Below are positions 45,692 through 54,889 of a stretch of 64,000 bases of DNA, in pieces. Where the stretch lies: assembly GCA_964555055.1 (NCBI GenBank), contig CAZKQW010000012.1:4897-68896 (forward strand), in the 5' to 3' direction. How positions within the stretch are numbered: position 1 is the stretch's first letter; each line of letters starts with the position of its first letter. A program made the position numbers and the translations under genes. Below the pieces are notes generated by a model. That model was given only the letters and a program-made list of their open reading frames with translations. It searched no databases and was not told the origin of the DNA. Origin of the DNA: an uncultured Pseudomonadota bacterium. GTDB taxonomy: Bacteria; UBA10199; JACPAL01; GCA-016699445.

Positions 45692-46957
45692 TTATTTTAG
45701 AAATCCTAACAGTTCCGCTTTGGTGATCAAATAATCCCTGCGGATCTCCAGATAACGTCGCTGTTGATCCAACACTCTCTGTGAAACCATCAGAATTTCG
45801 GGAGAGCTTTTCACGCCACGACGATATTCTTCTGTGCTCAGAGATAAATAATCCCTTGTTCTCTTTAAATTAGCCTCCATCGTATGAAGAAGATCGTGAC
45901 GCACGCGAAGTTCGTGTTGGTACTTGGTTATTTTAACGCCCACCTCCCGCTTTTTCTGCGACGCTTCATGTTCATAAGCCACCGCTTGGTGAGCCAAAGA
46001 CTTCTTTTGGGCATTTCCATAAAGTCCGTCGAAGAAATTTAAGGATAGCCTCACACCTCCGACCGCTTCCTCCCTTGCCCCTAGTGAGAATCTCTCTCTT
46101 TCGCGAAAAGGATAAAGAGCATAGCTTCCATAGATATCCAAAGAAGGAGTCCACCATCGTGCCGCCTGCTTGGATTGTAGCGCCAGAATAGAACCTTTCT
46201 TCTTCAAAGCCTGAACGTCATAATGGCCTTCGGAATCAGGAGACTCTCCTAGAAGTTCCGCATCATGGCCATGATGATCCGACTGGAAAGATTCATTTAC
46301 TCGAAGCTCGGAACCTTCCGGAACTCCCAAAACAGCGGCCAGCTCTTGTAGAGAGTGCTCGTAATCCTCTTGGGATAAGACTTCCTCGGCCTCCAACTGA
46401 TGACGATACATTTCAAAATCCAATCGATCGGAATCGGTCGTGAGTCCTGCGCTAATTCTTTGTTTCACCGATTCCGCATCCTTTCGGCTCTGCGCTAAGG
46501 CTTTATCGAGGATATTCAGATAGCCTTTATGAAAAAGAACTTGGGCATAAAGGGAACGAGCGTGGACAAGTGTCGTACGGTAGCGTTGATCAAGGCTCGT
46601 TTCGGAGAGCTTCACTTGCTCCTTCCTGATTTTCTCCTCCAATAAGTCTTTGCCGCTCCGAAACACATTGATAGTGCCTTCGACATCGCCGACGGGTTGA
46701 GTCATCCGTTCAAAATTACCCGTCTTGAAAGTCTCTCCTCCCCCAGAAGCCTTGATTTGGGGGAGGAAAGACCGCTCCAGATGATTCGTTTGGTCTTTAG
46801 CCGCTTTCAAGTGGAAATCGCCGGCCATGACAGACCCATTCTGCTTCCGGACCAATTGAGGAATGTCTTCGAATCCTACGGTCACGACGTCCGCCCAAGA
46901 AAAGGTCGGCCAAACCAGAAAGATCAGGAATAAAAAAAGAAAGATTTTGTTTTTCAT
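45692..46957 (-). CDS. outer membrane efflux protein (TolC/CzcC family)
   Basis: Signal MKNKIFLFLFLIFLVWPTFSWA. OEP repeats. 421 aa. Confidence 0.8.
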   Translation of the reverse strand: MKNKIFLFLFLIFLVWPTFSWADVVTVGFEDIPQLVRKQNGSVMAGDFHLKAAKDQTNHLERSFLPQIKASGGGETFKTGNFERMTQPVGDVEGTINVFRSGKDLLEEKIRKEQVKLSETSLDQRYRTTLVHARSLYAQVLFHKGYLNILDKALAQSRKDAESVKQRISAGLTTDSDRLDFEMYRHQLEAEEVLSQEDYEHSLQELAAVLGVPEGSELRVNESFQSDHHGHDAELLGESPDSEGHYDVQALKKKGSILALQSKQAARWWTPSLDIYGSYALYPFRERERFSLGAREEAVGGVRLSLNFFDGLYGNAQKKSLAHQAVAYEHEASQKKREVGVKITKYQHELRVRHDLLHTMEANLKRTRDYLSLSTEEYRRGVKSSPEILMVSQRVLDQQRRYLEIRRDYLITKAELLGFLK

Positions 46958-46961
46958 GGGA

Positions 46962-47408
46962 TCAATCCAAGTTATCGAAAGCCGTCAGCAGCTCCCGGTC
47001 TTTATCTTTAAATACGACATCGAAGTCGTAAGGTTTTTTGGTCGGTAATGTGGTCTTGCCGATGAAGTTATTGCCTTCCGCCTTCAAGTCGACTGCTTGA
47101 GTCCCTTTCGCAAACGAGAAAGTTCCGCGCGCATTCTTTCCGAAATTATCCAAGGCAAGTGATTTCATCTTAGCATCATAAAGGTACACGCGAACGGTGC
47201 CATCCTCGCCTCGAACCAATTCGGCCTTATAAAAAAGCGGGGCTTTAGTTCCTTTATCGGCGTCTTTAAAAGCGACTACCGGCGACACCACGCCTCCGTA
47301 AGTACCGACATCGGCCAACTTCGGGCCATGCCCTTCGTCGTGGGCAGCCGCGGATAAAGGCATCGCCAGCACGGCAACAAGCGTCATTATTTTTTTCAGT
47401 GCGTTCAT
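46962..47408 (-). CDS. small periplasmic protein in adaptor position (HDEGHGP N-terminus)
   Basis: 148 aa with signal peptide MNALKKIMTLVAVLAMPLSAAA. No MFP domains. Sits between the RND and OMF genes with 4-nt overlaps. Confidence 0.45.
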   Translation of the reverse strand: MNALKKIMTLVAVLAMPLSAAAHDEGHGPKLADVGTYGGVVSPVVAFKDADKGTKAPLFYKAELVRGEDGTVRVYLYDAKMKSLALDNFGKNARGTFSFAKGTQAVDLKAEGNNFIGKTTLPTKKPYDFDVVFKDKDRELLTAFDNLD

Positions 47409-50400
47409 AAAATATCTCCTTGTTTTGAGTATTGATCTTTCGTGGATGAGACCATTCTCTCCACGGACTTTCTTCCGAATTTATAAAATACGGCGGGCGT
47501 AACTAAGATGTCTAAGAGGGTCGATGAGATCAGTCCTCCGATAATCACGACGGCGACCGGATAAAGGATTTCTTTCCCGGGCTCTCCCTTAGATAAGGCA
47601 ATGGGAATCAGGGCGAGAATGGCCGCTAAGGCGGTCATCAAGACAGGCACAAGACGCTCTAGAGAACCTCGAATCACCATCTCGGAAGAGAAGGTCTCGC
47701 CCTCCTCTTTTACGAGATGAAGATAATGGCTGATCATCATGATACCGTTCCGGGAAGCGATTCCGCACAAGGTAATGAAGGCGATCAGTGTGGCAACGGA
47801 GAGCACCCTTTCCGTCATATAGATTGCTAAGACACTCCCGATAAGAGCGAGAGGGATATTAATCATGACTTGTAGGGCGATAGGTACGGAACGGAAATGG
47901 AAATATAGGATGGAAAAGATGCCCACGAGGGACAAAAGACCTAAGAACAAGATTTGCTGAGAGGCTTGTTGTTGGCTCTCGAATTGTCCTCCATATTTGA
48001 TGAAATAACCCGAAGGCAGTTTCACTTTTTCGTCGATTTTAGCCTGGATCTCGCCGACCAGGCTGCCCAAATCACGTCCTTTAGAATTAGCCGATATGAC
48101 GATTCGCCGCATCATATCCTCACGGTTGATCATATTCGGACCCGTGCCCGAATAGACTTGAGCTACTTCCTCAAGCTTCACTAGCTCACCAGTCGGCAAT
48201 GTTTTAATAGGCGTCATTTTGATGGAATCGGCGCTAGCCCTAGATTCGTCGTCCAAGCGGAGAAAAATATCGTACATCTTTTGCTTCTCCAAAAAGCGAG
48301 AGACTTGAGCTCCATTCAAAGCGATTTCCAGATCTTCCGCCAGAAGACCGGCACCCATGCCTTTTTGGGCTGCGGCTTCTCGATCAATGGAGATTTTCAA
48401 TTGAGGAATGAGGACCAACGGTTCTGTCTGCAGATCAACAAGGCCTTGTATTTCACCGAGCGCGGAAAAAGTTTCTCCGGCTAGGCGCCTCAGTTCCGTC
48501 AGATCAGGCCCAAAAACCTTGATCGCGATTTGAGCGCGCACACCGGATAAAAGATGATCGAGTCGATGGCTGATGGGCTGACCGACATTCACACCCAAAT
48601 CGCCTACTTGTAGGATCTTATTTCGGATCTCCTCCAAAACGACCGGACGATCCCGACCTTCTTCCTTAAAGTCGACATCAATCTCATGCCAATGCACACC
48701 CTCGGCATGCTCGTCCAGTTCTGCGCGGCCTGTTCTGCGGATGGTGGACTTCACTTCTGGAACGGAAAGAATGGCTTCCTCCACTTTTTTGCCTAGAGCA
48801 TCGGAGGTTATGAGCGAGATTCCCGGACCTGCAGCCACCCCAATCGTCGCCGTACCTTCATTGAAAGCCGGCAGGAAGTTTTTTCCCATGGAAGGAATCA
48901 AGGCTAAAGAGGCCAGCAGCAGAAGACTGCAACCGACCAAAATACGATAAGGGTGAAAAAGCGTCTTGGAGAGGAGAGCGCGAACTTTTTTCTTTAAAAA
49001 CCGGACAATCGCGCCGTCTTCCTTCTCGACAACTCGGGAACGAGGGAGGAAATAATAACATAAGACCGGTGTTACGGTGAGCGAGACCAATAACGAGGCG
49101 ATCAATGAAATAATGTAGGAAACTCCTAAGGGTGTGAAAAGTCTCCCTTCGATTCCACTCAAGGCAAAAAGTGGAATGAAGACCAAGACAACAATGATCG
49201 TCGAGAACACGATCGAATTTCTGATTTCGGAGGAAGCCTTATAAATGACCGATAAGACGGGTTCCGGTTGAGGGAGTTGCCGATTCTCTCGCAATCTTCG
49301 AAAAACGTTTTCTACATCCACGACGGCGTCATCGACTAATTCCCCGATCGCGATCGCCAATCCTCCCAGCGTCATCGTATTGACCGAGAGGCCGACGAAC
49401 TTAAAAACGATGGCGGTCAGCACAAAGGAGAGCGGAATGGCCATCAGCGTAATCGCGGTGGTCCGAAAATTCATGAGAAACAGGAAGAGGACGATGGCCA
49501 CCATGATAGCGCCATCTCTCAAGGCGTGTTCGACGTTCTTAATGGACGTTTCGATGAAACGCGATTGCTTGAAAAGGTCCCCTTCAATGCGGACACCTGT
49601 AGGAAGGGTCTTTTGAATTTCCTTCAATTCCGCATCGATCTTGCGCGTCAAATCTACCGTATTGGCGCCTGGTTGCTTTTGGACCGTCATGATAACCGCG
49701 TGCTCAGCGTTGATACTTCCTTCGCCACGTTTCGCCTTCGGGCCTATCTTCACCTCAGCCACGTCTTTCACCAATACCGGTCGACCCAAGTGCATCCCCA
49801 CAAATGAATTTTCGATATCCTCTAGCGACTGAACGCGGCCTAAAGGCCGGATCAAAAACTCCTTCTGATCCATATCGATGAAACCGCCCGTCGTATTTTC
49901 GCTCATTTCCAGAAGGGTTTGCTTGAGTTGCTCGAGAGAAATGCCGGAGAATTGGAGCTTCCGACTGGAGACGAGGATTTGATACTGCTTTACTTCCCCG
50001 CCCATCACGATCACTTGGCTAATACCAGGAATCGTCATGAGCCTGGGGCGAACCGTCCAATCCGCCAAGGATCTCAGTTCCATGGTCGAGGTTTTCTCAG
50101 TACCCTCATCGTTCCCATGGGAGTTTGTTAGACCCACGAATTGGATCTCTCCCATAATGGAAGTGACGGGAGCCAAGCTCGGCGTCATCTCGGGGGGAAG
50201 TCGGACTAGCTGCAAGCGTTCGGCAACCAGCTGACGATTGCGAAAAACATCAGTTCCCCAATCAAATTCTAAATGGATGATCGAGATGCCTATGCCACTC
50301 GAAGACCGGACGCGAACGGAACCCGGCGTCCCATTCAGGACGGACTCGATAGGAAGCGTCACTAACGTTTCCACCTCATCAGGAGCCAATCCATGGGCTT

Positions 50401-50554
50401 CGGTAAGGATGGTCACCACGGGTCTATTCAAGTCGGGGAAAACATCGACTGGAAGCGTCGTAATAACCCATCCACCATAGCCTAAGGTAGCCAAAGCCAA
50501 GACAAGGATGCTCAAACGGTGGTTGAGCGCGTACTTTAAAACAGCATTAATCAT
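47405..50554 (-). CDS. heavy-metal efflux RND transporter (CzcA/CusA family)
   Basis: 1049 aa with RND architecture. Confidence 0.9.
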   Translation of the reverse strand: MINAVLKYALNHRLSILVLALATLGYGGWVITTLPVDVFPDLNRPVVTILTEAHGLAPDEVETLVTLPIESVLNGTPGSVRVRSSSGIGISIIHLEFDWGTDVFRNRQLVAERLQLVRLPPEMTPSLAPVTSIMGEIQFVGLTNSHGNDEGTEKTSTMELRSLADWTVRPRLMTIPGISQVIVMGGEVKQYQILVSSRKLQFSGISLEQLKQTLLEMSENTTGGFIDMDQKEFLIRPLGRVQSLEDIENSFVGMHLGRPVLVKDVAEVKIGPKAKRGEGSINAEHAVIMTVQKQPGANTVDLTRKIDAELKEIQKTLPTGVRIEGDLFKQSRFIETSIKNVEHALRDGAIMVAIVLFLFLMNFRTTAITLMAIPLSFVLTAIVFKFVGLSVNTMTLGGLAIAIGELVDDAVVDVENVFRRLRENRQLPQPEPVLSVIYKASSEIRNSIVFSTIIVVLVFIPLFALSGIEGRLFTPLGVSYIISLIASLLVSLTVTPVLCYYFLPRSRVVEKEDGAIVRFLKKKVRALLSKTLFHPYRILVGCSLLLLASLALIPSMGKNFLPAFNEGTATIGVAAGPGISLITSDALGKKVEEAILSVPEVKSTIRRTGRAELDEHAEGVHWHEIDVDFKEEGRDRPVVLEEIRNKILQVGDLGVNVGQPISHRLDHLLSGVRAQIAIKVFGPDLTELRRLAGETFSALGEIQGLVDLQTEPLVLIPQLKISIDREAAAQKGMGAGLLAEDLEIALNGAQVSRFLEKQKMYDIFLRLDDESRASADSIKMTPIKTLPTGELVKLEEVAQVYSGTGPNMINREDMMRRIVISANSKGRDLGSLVGEIQAKIDEKVKLPSGYFIKYGGQFESQQQASQQILFLGLLSLVGIFSILYFHFRSVPIALQVMINIPLALIGSVLAIYMTERVLSVATLIAFITLCGIASRNGIMMISHYLHLVKEEGETFSSEMVIRGSLERLVPVLMTALAAILALIPIALSKGEPGKEILYPVAVVIIGGLISSTLLDILVTPAVFYKFGRKSVERMVSSTKDQYSKQGDIL

Positions 50555-50605
50555 ATGGGTCCTTCTGATGGGGACATCGTTCTGGGGAACTGAAGAAAAA
50601 AGGGA

Positions 50606-51046
50606 TTACGACAAAGGCGGGGCTTTGTTGGGCTGGGCGCTAAAAATATTTTCGGAGAAGAAATCTCCTGGAGGAGCGCGACCTAAAGAAGGCTGACAGG
50701 ATACTTGAAGCGAAGGTAAAGCATAGGGAAGATTAACGGTTTCTAGATAAACGAGTACTTTTCCACAAACATGCGAATGTGAGGCCTGGGAAAGAACAGG
50801 CTGATCTGGCAAAAACCGATGGGTGTGATGAGCTTCACCTTCATGATCCTTTAGGTCTTGAGTCCATTCAAAAGAATGCGATGAAGAAGATCCATCATCA
50901 TGATGATGGGAATGACTATGAGCAATTCCTCTTTCGTGGATTTCCTTATGAAGAGAGCTTTCGGTATTGAGCCCGGAAAGAAATAGTAGTGATAGAATCA
51001 AAAAAGATGATAAAACTCTTATCTTTCGCTGTTTCTTGAGAGCCAC
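50606..51046 (-). CDS. His-rich exported protein
   Basis: Signal peptide. HSHSHHHDDGSSSSHSFEW…HEGEAHHTHR. Confidence 0.45.
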   Translation of the reverse strand: MALKKQRKIRVLSSFLILSLLFLSGLNTESSLHKEIHERGIAHSHSHHHDDGSSSSHSFEWTQDLKDHEGEAHHTHRFLPDQPVLSQASHSHVCGKVLVYLETVNLPYALPSLQVSCQPSLGRAPPGDFFSENIFSAQPNKAPPLS

Positions 51047-51133
51047 TTAAGGAAAGTATGTTCATTGGGCTGTATTGTCAAAATAAAACACCCATCATTC
51101 AGAACACGCTACAGAGTTTCTCTGGTAAAGTGA

Positions 51134-53497
51134 TTAAATTTTCACCCGATTCAAACGAAGCGCATTCACGATTACTGAAACAGAGCTCAAACTCATTGCA
51201 GCGGCCGCGATCATTGGACTTAAGAGAATACCAAAGATGGGATAGAGAGCACCTGCCGCGATAGGAATTCCAAGTGCATTATAGATGAATGCGAAAAAGA
51301 GGTTCTGCTTGATGTTAACTAGTGTCGCTCGGCTTAAATGACGGGCACGAACAATTCCTGTTAGATCCCCTTTGACTAGAGTCACTCCAGCGCTTTCCAT
51401 GGCGACGTCGGTCCCCGTCCCCATGGCGATGCCTACTTGAGCTTGGGCTAAAGCCGGAGCATCGTTGATGCCATCACCCGCCATAGCCACAATGTGTCCT
51501 TGGCTTTGCAAGTCCTTAACCTTTTCCGCTTTTTGATGAGGCAAAACCTCGGCGATGACTTCATCAATCTGAAGCTTACTGGCGACGGCTTTGGCGGTAG
51601 CTAGGCTATCACCGGTTAGCATAATGACTTTCATGCCTTCCGCATGCAGATTCTGAATCGCCTGTGGAGTAGACTCCTTGATGGGATCAGCGACGCCGAC
51701 AATACCTGCAAGTTTGGAGTCAACGGCTACGAGCATGACCGTTTGACCCTCTGAGCGGAGAGCCTCCACGCGGGACAAAGCGGGAGCGATCTCCACCTTA
51801 AGATCTTCCATGAGCTTCTTATTCCCTAGAGCCACTTTCATCTGATTAACCTCACCCCGTACGCCTTTACCCGTCAAAGATTCGAAGTTTTGAACGGATT
51901 CTAGCGTGATCTTACGATCCTCAGCCCCATGCACAATAGCCTCAGCTAAGGGGTGTTCACTGGACCGCTCCAAGCTGGCCGCTATTTTCAATAATTCGGA
52001 TTCCCCAATATCTAAGACATCGGAATAAGTTTCTAAGCTCACTAATTTTGGTTTTCCTAAAGTCAAAGTTCCCGTTTTATCGACGATAAGAACGTCCACT
52101 TTTCTTAAGGTCTCGATGGCTTCGGCGTTCTTGAAAAGAACTCCGAATCTCGCGCCTTTGCCTGTCGCCACCATAATGGACATGGGCGTGGCCAAACCTA
52201 ATGCGCAAGGACAAGCAATGATAAGCACGGCCACGGCATTGACGATGGCATGGGATAAGCGCGGATCTGGGCCCACGAGAGCCCAAAGGATAAAGGTAAC
52301 GATACTGGTGATGACGACAGCAGGGACGAAGTAAGAAGATACCTGATCCACCAGCCTCTGAATGGGGGCTCGGCTTCGTTGCGCCTCGGACACCATACGG
52401 ATGATTTGAGACAAAAGGGTTTCCGCACCGACTTTCTCAGCGATCATCACAAGAGCTCCGGTTCCGTTCACCGTAGCGCCGATCAGATGATCGCCTCTTT
52501 TTTTCTCTACGGGAATCGGCTCACCCGTGATCATAGATTCATCCACGCTACTCATGCCTTCTAATACCTTGCCATCCACGGGAATTTTCTCTCCGGGGCG
52601 AATGCGGAGTTTGTCTCCTTTCTGCACCTGGTCTAAAGGAATGTCCTCTTCATTGTCGTTCCCTCGACCGTCCTCTCGAATTCTCCGTGCTGTCTTGGGC
52701 GACAGGCCTAAGAGGGCCTTAATGGCAGCGCCCGTTCGGCTACGCGCCTTGAGTTCCAAAACTTGTCCCAATAGGACCAAGGTGATGATGACGGCAGCCG
52801 CCTCAAAATAGCTGGGGATCATACCCATACTATCGCGAAAAGAAGACGGGAAAATTCCCGGGAGGAATACCGCCACGAGACTATAGAGATAAGCGACACC
52901 CACTCCCAACGCGATCAGAGTGAACATGTTCAGGTTTCGCGTGAGGATAGACCGCCAACCTCGTATAAAAAAAGGTGCTCCACCCCAAACAACGACGGGC
53001 GTCGCTAAGGCCAAATTCAACCATTCAAGGGAACGAACCGAAATCCACTTTGTGAAAAAATGCGGGGAGGCCATGCCGACCATCACGACAACGACTAACG
53101 GTATACTCAAAAAAAGACTGACCCAAAACCGCCTGGACATGATCTTAAGCTCGGCATTTGATGTATCGGATTCTTCTAGCGTAACCATCTCCGGTTCCAA
53201 AGCCATGCCGCACTTTGGACAAGATCCGGGGCCTTTTTGTCGAATCTCGGGATGCATCGGGCACGTGTAAATCGCATCGCCATGGGATTTTACGGGTGCT
53301 TTTACTTCGTCTTTCTTGAGGAAGGACTGAGGATCCGATTGGAAACGAGTCAAGCAATACTCGGAGCAGAAGTAATAGGTTTGCCCTTTGTAGGCTGTAT
53401 GGCCAGCAGCCTCCTGAGAGGTGACGGTCATTTCACAGACTGGATCCTTCAAAACCTCACTGCCTTTTGATGGCGAGGAGTCGTGATGATGATTCAT
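51134..53497 (-). CDS. copA: copper-translocating P1B-type ATPase with N-terminal YHS and CusB-type metal-binding domains
   Basis: [11 protein letters not shown]…[33 protein letters not shown] motif [28 protein letters not shown]. Confidence 0.9.
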   Translation of the reverse strand: MNHHHDSSPSKGSEVLKDPVCEMTVTSQEAAGHTAYKGQTYYFCSEYCLTRFQSDPQSFLKKDEVKAPVKSHGDAIYTCPMHPEIRQKGPGSCPKCGMALEPEMVTLEESDTSNAELKIMSRRFWVSLFLSIPLVVVVMVGMASPHFFTKWISVRSLEWLNLALATPVVVWGGAPFFIRGWRSILTRNLNMFTLIALGVGVAYLYSLVAVFLPGIFPSSFRDSMGMIPSYFEAAAVIITLVLLGQVLELKARSRTGAAIKALLGLSPKTARRIREDGRGNDNEEDIPLDQVQKGDKLRIRPGEKIPVDGKVLEGMSSVDESMITGEPIPVEKKRGDHLIGATVNGTGALVMIAEKVGAETLLSQIIRMVSEAQRSRAPIQRLVDQVSSYFVPAVVITSIVTFILWALVGPDPRLSHAIVNAVAVLIIACPCALGLATPMSIMVATGKGARFGVLFKNAEAIETLRKVDVLIVDKTGTLTLGKPKLVSLETYSDVLDIGESELLKIAASLERSSEHPLAEAIVHGAEDRKITLESVQNFESLTGKGVRGEVNQMKVALGNKKLMEDLKVEIAPALSRVEALRSEGQTVMLVAVDSKLAGIVGVADPIKESTPQAIQNLHAEGMKVIMLTGDSLATAKAVASKLQIDEVIAEVLPHQKAEKVKDLQSQGHIVAMAGDGINDAPALAQAQVGIAMGTGTDVAMESAGVTLVKGDLTGIVRARHLSRATLVNIKQNLFFAFIYNALGIPIAAGALYPIFGILLSPMIAAAAMSLSSVSVIVNALRLNRVKI

Positions 53498-53507
53498 AAG
53501 CTGCCCC

Positions 53508-53966
53508 TCAACGAGTTTTTAATTTCATTTTCATAAAATCGATCTCGGATTGCTGGCCGGAAACGATGGACCGGCATAATTCCTTGATCTCAGGATCTTC
53601 TATATTCGTATTTTTACACATGAGGATGGCAGCTCCGTGATGCGGTATCATGGATCTAAGAAAATCATTGTCCGAAATGGCCACTTGTTTTCGTGTAAAC
53701 ATGAAAAATAAAGCCAGGGCCACAAGGCTGAAACTTATCACAACGATTTTAGCCTTGTGGCCGTGATACATGGAGCTCATGACCATCACTTCTATGATCA
53801 CCATCGCAGCTGTCATAACGGCGGCCATGTAGAATTGATTAAAATTCGGATAAACATTGTCGATGGTATCCACCATCACATACATGAGCCCATACATTGC
53901 GACGAATGACAGGGCCGCCATGAGGCCCAACTTGGTCCACATTCCATGAGTTTGTGAATGTTTCAT
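53508..53966 (-). CDS. DUF305 family protein
   Basis: TM N-terminus. [14 protein letters not shown] motif. Confidence 0.6.
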   Translation of the reverse strand: MKHSQTHGMWTKLGLMAALSFVAMYGLMYVMVDTIDNVYPNFNQFYMAAVMTAAMVIIEVMVMSSMYHGHKAKIVVISFSLVALALFFMFTRKQVAISDNDFLRSMIPHHGAAILMCKNTNIEDPEIKELCRSIVSGQQSEIDFMKMKLKTR

Positions 53967-53978
53967 ATTTTCTCCTTT

Positions 53979-54362
53979 TTACAATCCATGAAACCTCAAA
54001 ATACTATCCGGATCCTTTTGGAATTGCTTTGGAAACATGTTCTGACACATGGCGCAGCAATAATTGAACTCGAACGTTTTCCCCTTATATCGAGAGTCAT
54101 TCCCTTCGTAAGCGACTTGACCTTTAAAAAGACCCAGGCCTTTCTCATCCATGGGTCCCCGAGAAACGGCACAAAGCCTGTTATTTACCTTAATGAGATT
54201 TCCTTCGATGGTCGGTATCGCTTTCTCCCCTTGAATCCCAATCATCGGGGGTAGAGATGGCTGGGGCTGGGAGGATTGACTTTCAGTAGGCTTAGATCGG
54301 GTGCAAGAAGCCAAACCTAAGGATAATGTTAAAAGACCTATAATTATGAGATGGTTTTTCAC
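53979..54362 (-). CDS. YHS/TRASH-domain lipoprotein
   Basis: Lipobox LGLASC. …RLCAVSRGPMDE…YKGKTFEFNYCCAMCQNMFPKQFQKDPD. Confidence 0.5.
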   Translation of the reverse strand: MKNHLIIIGLLTLSLGLASCTRSKPTESQSSQPQPSLPPMIGIQGEKAIPTIEGNLIKVNNRLCAVSRGPMDEKGLGLFKGQVAYEGNDSRYKGKTFEFNYCCAMCQNMFPKQFQKDPDSILRFHGL

Positions 54363-54374
54363 GATAACCTCCTT

Positions 54375-54875
54375 TTATTCGTTTGAATTTATTTTTTGAC
54401 GACTCTCTGTAATCCATTTCAAAACTTTTTCTCTTTCTTGCTTTGAAAGTCCCGATCCCCAATGCATGATCCGGTAGCGGAATGGCGGCATTGTCTTTTT
54501 TTCCGTAACTTCCTGTATGGCATCCAAATCCTTCTCGGGGGAACCATGACCCTGGAAAGGAAAATCATTGGTCATATCCAGATGCTTTTTTGCTTCCGTA
54601 ATATCGTCGTCGATGAGTTTTTTGGCTCCAGGGAGGGCATGATACCAGGGGTATCTCGTTTGGGTGGAATGACAGTCAAAACAGGAGACTTGGAAAATCG
54701 GCTTGATGTCTCTCACGTAGTCCTGGTTGATCTTAGCTAAGATCTCTTTTTCTTGGTTTGCAGGCTCTTTTTGTTCTTCCCCAGCCTCTTCATGAGGTTG
54801 ACCTTCATGGGAAATGAGAGGAGTAGAAATCAAAAATATAGAAAAGAGCGTTAGAAATAAAAAATAAGAGCGCAT
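54375..54875 (-). CDS. c-type cytochrome-like haem-binding protein
   Basis: Signal peptide. Single CFDCH (CxxCH) motif. Confidence 0.5.
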   Translation of the reverse strand: MRSYFLFLTLFSIFLISTPLISHEGQPHEEAGEEQKEPANQEKEILAKINQDYVRDIKPIFQVSCFDCHSTQTRYPWYHALPGAKKLIDDDITEAKKHLDMTNDFPFQGHGSPEKDLDAIQEVTEKKTMPPFRYRIMHWGSGLSKQEREKVLKWITESRQKINSNE

Positions 54876-54889
54876 GATCTCTCCTTTAG

